A stretch of 64,000 bases of DNA from Meiothermus sp. (lineage in GTDB: Bacteria; Deinococcota; Deinococci; Deinococcales; Thermaceae), in assembly GCA_033762915.1 (NCBI GenBank), contig JANRLD010000039.1, positions 35,222 to 99,221 of the forward strand, read 5' to 3'. The notes under the pieces were generated by a model, which saw only the letters and a program-made list of their open reading frames with translations, was not told where the DNA came from and did no database searches. Shown in pieces: positions 56,189-64,000 of this stretch (the stretch's first letter is position 1; every line of letters starts with the position of its first letter). Made by a program: the position numbers and the translations under genes.

Positions 56189-56758
56189 TTGCTCTTATGC
56201 GGTGCCAGCGGTGTGGGCAAAAGCAGTCTGAGTTATCCGCTGGCTCGGCACTATGGCCTGAACTTGATCGAGGTTGACGATTTTCAGGTGGCTCTCGAAA
56301 AACTGACCACCCCAGAGCAACAGCCGCTGCTGCATTTCTGGCGCACCAATTGGGATGAGTTCAGCGGCTGGTCGGATGAACAACACCTATCCCATTCGAT
56401 TCAAGTGCGCCGTGAGGTATTTCAGCCTGCTATCGAAGCCGTAATCGCCAATCACCTTGGCGCAGGGCGACCTGTGATCCTCGAGGGCGATTTCCTGCTG
56501 CCCGAGCTTGCGGCTTACCCGAGCTTTAATGGAGAAACCAATAATGGCCGGGTCAGGGGTCTATTTGTTTACGAGGATGAGACCCAAATCGCGTCCAATT
56601 TTTTGAGCAGGGAAGGCCAAGAACAAAGCAAACGGGCGCACACAAGTTATCTTTACAGCCAGTGGCTTCGTGCAGAGTGTGAGCGGCTGGGTATTCCCGC
56701 TGTTTCATCCCGACCCTCGAATACTTTGTTGGAACGGGCAGTGGCTGCAATCCAATAA
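56189..56758 (+). CDS. P-loop kinase-like protein (possibly 5'-damaged)
   Basis: GASGVGKS Walker A, ILEGD; in-frame ATG at 56162 is separated from it by TAG at 56180. Confidence 0.65.
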   Translation: MLLCGASGVGKSSLSYPLARHYGLNLIEVDDFQVALEKLTTPEQQPLLHFWRTNWDEFSGWSDEQHLSHSIQVRREVFQPAIEAVIANHLGAGRPVILEGDFLLPELAAYPSFNGETNNGRVRGLFVYEDETQIASNFLSREGQEQSKRAHTSYLYSQWLRAECERLGIPAVSSRPSNTLLERAVAAIQ

Positions 56759-56881
56759 AGCGGCGGTTCAACCTGGCTTCTGCGTATCCCCATACGTGCG
56801 TGTGTACGTGTGTCCACGCATGACGACCTGCTCCTGCACCCCCAAACTAGACCTTATCAGTCAAGGTTTGGAGGTGTGAAG

Positions 56882-57328
56882 ATGATTCAGCTCGAGGACA
56901 GCATCATTATCCGGCGGCCTATCACCGAAGTTTTTGCCTACGTGAGCGACCTATGCAACGCCCCGCAGTGGCAAACCGGGCTGTTGGAGGTGCGGAAAAC
57001 CAGCGAGGGAGCGCTGGGCGTGGGCAGTCAGTTCACCTTCGTGCGCAAATTTCTGGGACAGAAGCTCGAGGCCAGCAACCAGTTCACCCAGTACGAACCC
57101 AACAGGCTCATCAGCTTTGTCACCAACTCCGGCCCCGTGCACGTCGAAAATTCGTATCTCTTCGAAGCAACCCCGGAGGGCACTCGACTCACCTGCAAAC
57201 TCGAGATGAAGCCGCAGGGCTTCTCCCGATTGGCCGAGCCGCTGATCGCCGCCAGCATCCGCCGAGAGATGGCTGCCGAGTTCGGCTACCTGAAGGACTT
57301 GCTCGAGAACCAGATCGTGGAGGTTTAG
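56882..57328 (+). CDS. SRPBCC/polyketide cyclase-like protein
   Basis: IIIRRPITEVFAYVSD...PQWQ...YEPNR; GGAGGT RBS. Confidence 0.85.
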   Translation: MIQLEDSIIIRRPITEVFAYVSDLCNAPQWQTGLLEVRKTSEGALGVGSQFTFVRKFLGQKLEASNQFTQYEPNRLISFVTNSGPVHVENSYLFEATPEGTRLTCKLEMKPQGFSRLAEPLIAASIRREMAAEFGYLKDLLENQIVEV

Positions 57329-57330
57329 CC

Positions 57331-57747
57331 ATCTCCACCCCCGCCCGCCCCCAGTGGCTGCTGGCCCACACCTTGGCCATCGGGTTCAGCCTGATGCACG
57401 TGATTCTCGACTGGAACCTGGATTTGTACGGCCCTCTGTTCAAAACCTCTTTGTCCACTGTTCAGGCCCTGGTACTTGTCTGGGGAGCAGCCGCTTATGC
57501 GGCATGGGTGGCCTCGCTCGGACGGGCAGCTCAGGGCAGCCGTCACGCTCTGATGGCCAATAAAGGGTTGTGTGCCTTTAGTGGCCTTGGCAATGGCTTG
57601 GCTATCATCTTTTGTTTACCCCCTTGCTCTAGCGCGGCCCTCTTCGGCGACATCAGCCACATCGGCAGTCTGGTGTTCGGGGCCTGGGGAATCGCCGAGT
57701 CGTGGCGGGCGCTCAGGCAAGGTGCAAGTTTGAAAGGAGCCCCATGA
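57331..57747 (+). pseudogene. Membrane protein with ATC in the expected start position
   Basis: GGAGGT 6 nt before ATC-TCC-ACC; four TM segments follow. Confidence 0.5.
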
Positions 57748-58114
57748 CCGACCTGGTTCCAATCCGAGTGGCCGCCGCCCTTCATTGGTTTATCGCGGCT
57801 GGCTTTGGCCTGTCCTGCATTCCAGGCATACGGAGTCTCTCGATAGGCGGCGACATCCCCATGCTATTCGGCTTTCCCGCCTACGGACGGGGCCGTTCGA
57901 GGGGGTCGGTATACCCACCATCGTCCCGGTGTTGGTGGTCTTCCTGCTGGTGTGTCTGCTCGAGGCCGTCGCGGGTGTCCTGCTTTGGGGCGGTCACAAG
58001 TCGGGTGCGGTTCTCGCGCTGGTGCTGCTTCCGCTGGGCGAAGTTTTGTGGTGGGGTTTGCCCTGCCTATCCCGCCGATTCTGGCCCTGGTTTGGACAGT
58101 TTAGATTCTCCTGA
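57744..58114 (+). pseudogene. Frameshifted membrane protein
   Basis: Hydrophobic reading MTDL...FPAYGRG / PFEGVG...WWG / FALPIPP is split over three frames. Confidence 0.7.
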
Positions 58115-58167
58115 ATCACCAGGTTCTTAAGTGAGCAGCGTGGCTCGAGTGAGCGTGGAGGTTTGGC

Positions 58168-59169
58168 ATGTTTGACATCTTCGGAACCCTGGTATTGGTC
58201 GCGGTGATCGCCCTGTTCGGCTTCCTGGCCACCCGTACTTGGCGGCTGAAAAACGCTGCGCTCCGCTGGCTCAGCGTGATCATCAGCGGTTTGCTGACCC
58301 TGATCGGCACGGCGGCGCTGGGGCTGGCGGTCGTGGGCTTTGTCAAGCTCAATCAGCGCCATCCCAACCCTGTTACTGACATCAAGGTTGTAGCCACCGC
58401 CGTGCAAATTGCCAGGGGCCAGCGGCTGGCACACAACTGCGCGAGCTGCCACACGCCGGGCGACAAGCCCCCACTTTCGGGGGTAAATTTCGCTCAGAAG
58501 TTCGACCTCACGATGATGGGCAGACTCTACGCCCCCAACCTGACCCCCGGCGGCAACATTGACAACTGGAGCGACGGCGAAGTAATCCGGGCTATCCGCG
58601 AGGGCATCCATAGAAATGGCCGCTCTTTGCTGATCATGCCTACCCAAACCTTTAGCCACCTAAGTGATGAAGACGTGCAGGCCATTGTGGCCTATCTGCG
58701 CTCACAACCACCCACCGGTAAACCCACGCCTAACAATCAGTTCAGCGTCATTGGCGCGATTTTCACAAACCTGATAGACTTCCGCACCGCCGGGCCGCCG
58801 GTGTCCAAGGTGACCGCGCCCCCGGTGGGGACGGTGGAGTATGGCAAGTACATGGTGGACATCATCGGGTGCAGCGACTGCCACGGCGACCGCTTGCAAG
58901 GCAAGGCCGACAACGGCGAGCCCGGCCCGCCCCCCGGCCCCAACCTCACCCGAATCATCCCGCAGTGGATCGAAGCGCAATTCATGACCTACTTCAACAA
59001 GGGCCAGCTACCCGGCGGCGGAACCGTCCCCATCCTCACCCTTCCCAGCGGCTTTAGCGAACCCCGGATGCCCTGGCCCACCGTGCGGGCCATTGCCACC
59101 GACGCGGAGCTGAAGGCGATGTACACCTACCTGCACCGGCTGTCTCCGGTAGACGGGCCGAGCAGGTGA
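58168..59169 (+). CDS. Membrane-anchored diheme cytochrome c
   Basis: CASCH and CSDCH; APNLTP, WSDGEVIRAIREG. Confidence 0.9.
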   Translation: MFDIFGTLVLVAVIALFGFLATRTWRLKNAALRWLSVIISGLLTLIGTAALGLAVVGFVKLNQRHPNPVTDIKVVATAVQIARGQRLAHNCASCHTPGDKPPLSGVNFAQKFDLTMMGRLYAPNLTPGGNIDNWSDGEVIRAIREGIHRNGRSLLIMPTQTFSHLSDEDVQAIVAYLRSQPPTGKPTPNNQFSVIGAIFTNLIDFRTAGPPVSKVTAPPVGTVEYGKYMVDIIGCSDCHGDRLQGKADNGEPGPPPGPNLTRIIPQWIEAQFMTYFNKGQLPGGGTVPILTLPSGFSEPRMPWPTVRAIATDAELKAMYTYLHRLSPVDGPSR

Positions 59170-59260
59170 GGGAGCCTCGAGCAGGCAGGTTTGCCCAATC
59201 TGATAAACGTTTTACCTCAACTTGAAGGGCATCGTGCCTCGAGCCTTCCCAACATAACTT

Positions 59261-62200
59261 TTACCTTACGCCGAAGAACCGTTCGTCAAACAACCAGTCG
59301 AGCCGTAGGTAGAACCCAGTTTGGCTTTGGAAGCCCACCAGGCTGGTGCTGGTACCCAGCAGGTTGGTGCCCGCCGAGAAGGTTAGGCCGTCCGCCACCC
59401 GCAGGCTGGCCTCGAGGCCGAAGGAGAGCTGGCTCGAGCTGGTGGCGGGCTGGAACAGATACGAACCATTCAGGCCCAGGCCCAGCACGTCGGTCAGGAA
59501 GAAGGTGAAGCCACCGCCCACCTGGCCTGTAAAGATGCCGCCGTCGGCGAAGCGGTAGGCGGCGCCCAGGCGCAGGAAGAAACGCTCGTCGGCCTGATAG
59601 CCGGTGCGGATTTCGCCTTCGGCCACCACGCCGTCGGCGTCGCGGTAGAAGCCGTTCTTGAGCACGTTCTGGGTGAGCAGGTTGAATCGGTCGGCGCGGT
59701 AGGCGGCGGCCAGGCCGAGGCGGGTGCCTTCGGTGCCGTTGGCCTCGCGCACGTAGGTGCCCTGGGGCGAGACGATGAGGTCGCTGCTGGCCCGCCATAC
59801 CAGACCCAGCCCGAAGACCGACTTGGTGCCGGGGGTGAGGGCCTGGGCGGACAGCTCGAGGCTGGTGCTGGCTTGCAGCCCTTCGCCGGTGTAGCGCAGG
59901 GCGATGCCGCCGCTGGCCCCGCCCTGACCGGCAGGGGCCACCACAACGTTGCCACTCAGGCCCAGTTGCAACTCGCTGCCCAGCGGGATGGTGGTGTCCA
60001 GGCCCAGCCGGGTGCGGCCGGCGTCGCCGTCGAGGTTGCCCATCTCGTAGGTGGCGCTGAGGTTGGTGGAGCCCAGGCTGTGGGCGTTGGGGTCGGCGGC
60101 TTCGCTGGAGTTGCCCAGCAGGGTTTGCAGGATGTCGCGGTGAGCGAAGCTGCCGCGCACGCCCAGCGCGCCGGTCAGGCGGGTGCCGTTGCTGGCGTAG
60201 GTCAGGCGGCTCTGGGCGCGGATGCCGAAGTTGGGGGTCAGGCCCAGGTCGAGCGAGAGGTCGGTGGCGCTGGGGGTGTTGCCCAGGCCGATCAACTGGC
60301 GGATGGCGAAGCCCAGGCTGCCCGCCTTGCCTTCCACGCCGACCGAGGCGAATAGGGTACTGGAGAGGTTGTTGTTGATGCTCTGGGGGGTCAGGCCGAA
60401 GCCGGCCCCCGCGCCTGCCAGCAGGGCCAGGCTCTCGCTGCCCAGCCGGGCCTCGGCGCTGGCCTGCTGGGTGGTGGTTCCGGCGGTGTAGTTCTGGTTG
60501 AGGCTGTAGCGGGCGTTGAGGCTGAAGCCGCCCAGGCGCAGCGTCGTGCCTAGGCCGATGTCGCGGGCGGCGTTGGGGCTGCCGCGCGGGTCTTGGAAGC
60601 CGGGGGGAACGTCTTGGTAGCGGGCCTCGAGGCTGAAGTTCTCGAGGTTGACCGCCAGCCGGGCCGCGCCCGCGGTGAGGCCGATGCGGTTGAGGGGGGT
60701 GGTGGCCTCGGCCTCGAATTGGGCGTCGGTGCCGACGGCCCGCACGCCCAGGCCCAGCAGGCCGGACTGGGCGCTATCGAGGGAGAGCAGCGTGGCGCGG
60801 ATGCCGAAGGCGTCGCTGCCCAGGCTGGCCTGGACGCCGCCGCGCAGCTCGCGCTGGGGGCCGCCAGGGGTGCTCACCGCGTAGGCCACCTCGAGGCTCT
60901 GGGGGTGTCCGTTAAGGTCGAAGGCTTGCAGGGGGGCGCGCAGGCGCAGGACGCCCGCGCCGTAGTCGGCCTCGTAGTCTGCCCCGCGCAGCAGGAGGGT
61001 ACGGCTGAGGACGAGGTTGGGGTTGCTCCGGTCGCGCACCACGCGGGTCACGGTTTCGCTGCCGGAGACCACCGGGCGCTCGCCGACCGGCAGGCCTAGG
61101 CGGTAGAAGGTGGTGCCGTCGCCGGGGATGACCTCGAGGCGGTTGGCGTCCGGCACCACCGCCGCGAAGGCGTTGAGGCCAAAGCCGCCCCCGCGCACCA
61201 CCCCCTTGAGGCCGTTGAAGCCCGCGTTGTAGCCGGTCAGCAGGCCCTCGAAGCCGGTGTTGAGCTGGCCGTACTGCAAGTAGTTGAGGCCTTGCTCGAG
61301 GCGCAGGAATACGGAGTCGCTGGAGTTGGTGTCGGTGCCCAGATCGCTGCCGTCGCCCAGGAGCGGGAAGCGCTCGTAGGGGTTGGCGGGGGGCAGCAGG
61401 TTGACGTCGCGGAAGAGGAAGCTCCGCCCGATGCCGAAGTCGGCCCCGGTGTTGAGGGCGCCGGTCAGGAGGGTGTCGCCCAGACTGCCGCGCCCGAAGC
61501 CGCGCAGGGTGCTCTCGAGGCCGAAGCCGCTGGAGTTGATCGCCGCCTGCAGGCTGAAGGCTCCGGCCACAATCAGGGGCCGGGGTTGGGCGGCTTCTAT
61601 GGCGAAGCGCTCTTGCACCCGTAGGTCACCTGCCTGGGCCTCAATGCTTACGAAGTCGGGGCTGCCGCCTTGCAGACGGGTTCCCAGGTTGGAGAGGGGT
61701 AAGCGGCCCTCGCCGTTCACGACGCGAACCTGATAGCCCGCAACAGTGGGTTTGGCATCCGCGATGGCAGGCTCGGGCTGGACGCTGAGGGTGACGTAAG
61801 GGACGCTGCTGGGGTTGCCCTGCGCGTCGCGCACGACCACCATCAGCTCGGGCTGGTCGGCGCGGTCTGTGGTGAGCGGGCGGCTGGGGTAGATCAGGAG
61901 CGTGGCGGGCGAGCCGCCCAGGCGCACCAGGCCGGTGTCGGTCTGTGCCACGCCCAGCGGGCGGGCGGTCTCGAGGGCCTTCAGCAGGCTGGCCTCGCCG
62001 ATCAGCACGTGCGGGGCACCGGAGCTGCGGGCGTCGCTGGGGGTTCCGGCGGGGCGGGTCTGCGGGGTTTGCAGGATTACACCCAGGCGGTTATCGGGGA
62101 ACTCGAGCGCCCCCGGGTGGCTCAGTCGGTAGCCCACCACGTAGCCCGGGCGCAGGGGTGCGGGCAGCACCCAGAACAGCCGGTCGCCCGAGATGACGGG

Positions 62201-64000
62201 GTCGGCGATGGGGTCGGAGTTCTCGCGGGTGGGGTTGGTGATGACCGATTGCTCGAGGTCGGTCTGCGGGCCGGTGCGCAGCAGGCGGCTGCTGCCCAGC
62301 ACATAGCGGGCGCCATTGGGCAGGCGATCCGAGACCACCACCACGCCCGAGGCCGGGGCCGAGGCCAGCCGCGCCGCGAGTGTGACCTCGGACTCCCGCT
62401 CGCGCACCGCGTCGCGGGGTTGCACCGGCTGGGGCCGGGGCTGGGGCTGCGGGGTCGGCTCGACCGCCGCCGGGCGCAGCACGCTCAGGGTGGCCTGGGC
62501 GCGGTTGTTGGCGGCGCTGGGGTCGGGGGTCTCGGCGCTGAGGGTAGCGGTGTTGGTCAGGGTGCCGGCCACGCTGGCGATGGCCCGCACGGTCAGGCTG
62601 ACGCGCTCCCCGCTCGCGAGGCTGCCCAGGTTCCAAACCAGGGTCTCGCCCTCGCGCTCGGCGCCCTCGGCGATCACCTCGTCGAGGCCCTGGGGCAGCG
62701 TGTCGCGCAGCACCACCTCGTCGGCGGCGTCGGGGCCGTTGTTAACCACGGTCAGGGTGTAGCGGACGGCATCTCCCACCCGGACCTCGGCGGGGGAGAC
62801 GGTCTTGGTCAGGCCGAGGTCGGCCCTAGGCTCAGGGGCTGGCGGTGGCGGGGGTGGCGGCGGCGCGACCACCTCTAGCGCCGCGCGGGCGGTGTTGTCC
62901 TGGGTCTTGTCCTCTTTCTCGTTGCCCCGGACGACGGCGGTGTTGGTGGCGGTCCCGGCGATGCGCCCGCGCACCTGTACGGTAAGGCGGCGGCTCACGC
63001 CCGTGGCGAGGCTGCCGAGGTTCCAGGTCAGCACGTCGCCTTCGCGGCGGGTGACGGGGGGGCTGGCCGAGACGAACTCGAGGCCGGCGGGCAGGGTGTC
63101 GGTCAGCACCACGCCCGTGGCGTTGTCGCCGCTGTTGCTCACGGTCAGGGTGAAGCTGGCCTCCTGACCGAGTTCGACGCGGCCGGGGGTCACGGACTTG
63201 CTCACCGCGAGGTCAATGATCGGAGCAGGGGGCGCGGGCGGCGGGGGAGGGGGCGGCGGGGCGACCACCTCGAGCGTGGCCTGGTCTCGGTTGTTGTTGG
63301 GGTTGGGGTCGCGCTCGTTGCCCCGCACGCTGGCGGTGTTGAGCTGGCGGCCGGGGGTTTGCCCCCGCACCTCGAGGGTGAGGGTGCGGCGCTCGTCTTT
63401 GGCCAGGTTGCCGAGGTTCCAGGTGAGGGTGTTGCCCGAACGGGTCGCGGCCGGGCTGGCCGAGACGAACTCGAGGCCGGCCGGCAGGGTATCGGTGAGC
63501 GTCACGCCGGTCGCCGCGTCGGGGCCGGTGTTGCCCACGGTCAGGGTGAAAACCGCGTTCCTGCCGGTCTCGACCTGGGGTACCCCGGCGGACTTGATGA
63601 CGCCGAGGTCGGCCTGGGGCGGCGGGGGTGGGGCCACCACCCGCAGGGCGGCCTGGGCGCGGTTGTTGGCGGTGTTGTCTTCCCTTTCAGCCCCGCGCAC
63701 GACCACGGTGTTGGTCCAGTTGCCGATGCGAAGCGCCCTCACGCGCAGGGTGATGCTGCGGCCCTGGCCCCTGCCCAGGCTGCCGAGGTTCCAGGTCAGG
63801 GTGTTGCCCTGGCGGCTGCTGACCTCGGGGGTGGCGGACACGAACTCGAGGCCCGCGGGCAGGGTGTCTGCGACAACCACGCCGGTGGCGCCGTCACCGC
63901 GGTTGCTCACCGCGAGGGTGAAGCTGGCCTCCTGGTCGGTCTGTACTTGGGGTACGCCGGCAGTCTTGGTCACCTCGAGGTCGATCACCGGGGGTGCAGG
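59261..64000 (-). CDS. Giant DUF11-repeat surface protein with probable C-terminal beta-barrel (5' end outside window)
   Basis: At least four DL.vtK...N.G..A..V...DTLP.GL...WNLG.L...NTA repeats with poly-Pro linkers; amphipathic beta-strand C-terminus. Confidence 0.88.
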   Translation of the reverse strand, partial: PAPPVIDLEVTKTAGVPQVQTDQEASFTLAVSNRGDGATGVVVADTLPAGLEFVSATPEVSSRQGNTLTWNLGSLGRGQGRSITLRVRALRIGNWTNTVVVRGAEREDNTANNRAQAALRVVAPPPPPQADLGVIKSAGVPQVETGRNAVFTLTVGNTGPDAATGVTLTDTLPAGLEFVSASPAATRSGNTLTWNLGNLAKDERRTLTLEVRGQTPGRQLNTASVRGNERDPNPNNNRDQATLEVVAPPPPPPPPAPPAPIIDLAVSKSVTPGRVELGQEASFTLTVSNSGDNATGVVLTDTLPAGLEFVSASPPVTRREGDVLTWNLGSLATGVSRRLTVQVRGRIAGTATNTAVVRGNEKEDKTQDNTARAALEVVAPPPPPPPPAPEPRADLGLTKTVSPAEVRVGDAVRYTLTVVNNGPDAADEVVLRDTLPQGLDEVIAEGAEREGETLVWNLGSLASGERVSLTVRAIASVAGTLTNTATLSAETPDPSAANNRAQATLSVLRPAAVEPTPQPQPRPQPVQPRDAVRERESEVTLAARLASAPASGVVVVSDRLPNGARYVLGSSRLLRTGPQTDLEQSVITNPTRENSDPIADPVISGDRLFWVLPAPLRPGYVVGYRLSHPGALEFPDNRLGVILQTPQTRPAGTPSDARSSGAPHVLIGEASLLKALETARPLGVAQTDTGLVRLGGSPATLLIYPSRPLTTDRADQPELMVVVRDAQGNPSSVPYVTLSVQPEPAIADAKPTVAGYQVRVVNGEGRLPLSNLGTRLQGGSPDFVSIEAQAGDLRVQERFAIEAAQPRPLIVAGAFSLQAAINSSGFGLESTLRGFGRGSLGDTLLTGALNTGADFGIGRSFLFRDVNLLPPANPYERFPLLGDGSDLGTDTNSSDSVFLRLEQGLNYLQYGQLNTGFEGLLTGYNAGFNGLKGVVRGGGFGLNAFAAVVPDANRLEVIPGDGTTFYRLGLPVGERPVVSGSETVTRVVRDRSNPNLVLSRTLLLRGADYEADYGAGVLRLRAPLQAFDLNGHPQSLEVAYAVSTPGGPQRELRGGVQASLGSDAFGIRATLLSLDSAQSGLLGLGVRAVGTDAQFEAEATTPLNRIGLTAGAARLAVNLENFSLEARYQDVPPGFQDPRGSPNAARDIGLGTTLRLGGFSLNARYSLNQNYTAGTTTQQASAEARLGSESLALLAGAGAGFGLTPQSINNNLSSTLFASVGVEGKAGSLGFAIRQLIGLGNTPSATDLSLDLGLTPNFGIRAQSRLTYASNGTRLTGALGVRGSFAHRDILQTLLGNSSEAADPNAHSLGSTNLSATYEMGNLDGDAGRTRLGLDTTIPLGSELQLGLSGNVVVAPAGQGGASGGIALRYTGEGLQASTSLELSAQALTPGTKSVFGLGLVWRASSDLIVSPQGTYVREANGTEGTRLGLAAAYRADRFNLLTQNVLKNGFYRDADGVVAEGEIRTGYQADERFFLRLGAAYRFADGGIFTGQVGGGFTFFLTDVLGLGLNGSYLFQPATSSSQLSFGLEASLRVADGLTFSAGTNLLGTSTSLVGFQSQTGFYLRLDWLFDERFFGVR

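Noticed and set aside
53354..59410. 150-bp duplicate as a DGR template/variable repeat pair
   Set aside because: Mismatches are mostly synonymous and not adenine-specific; no reverse transcriptase in the window

Overview
GC-rich bacterial chromosome segment. It is most consistent with the Deinococcus-Thermus phylum (Meiothermus/Calidithermus-like), based on an SdrP-type CRP regulator, many leaderless TAnnnT-start genes and very dense CTCGAG sites. Most of the window is housekeeping and metabolic: metY-metF under a SAM-I riboswitch, tRNA-Leu, yidD-yidC-jag, prmC, hsp20, tig, gcvP under a tandem glycine riboswitch, holA, thrC and a thiolase. The best candidate for an undescribed system lies at 14524-17224. 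A 765-aa TPR-rich regulator with a C-terminal wHTH/BTAD-like region converges on an unannotated 29-aa gene, MKKLLGAVVLLALAGLALA-GSGGLGSGPW. That gene has its own RBS, intrinsic terminator and 11-bp-phased operator-like repeats, which resembles a peptide-pheromone/receptor pair (RRNPP-like logic). Also notable: (1) a ~5.8 kb cargo block bounded by two diverged copies of the last 150 bp of a giant DUF11 surface-protein gene, (2) three families of intergenic palindromic repeats, one with compensatory base changes, and (3) a MerR-controlled DUF2268 protease with an apparently inactive paralog. All calls come from reading the sequence by eye; no database searches were run.
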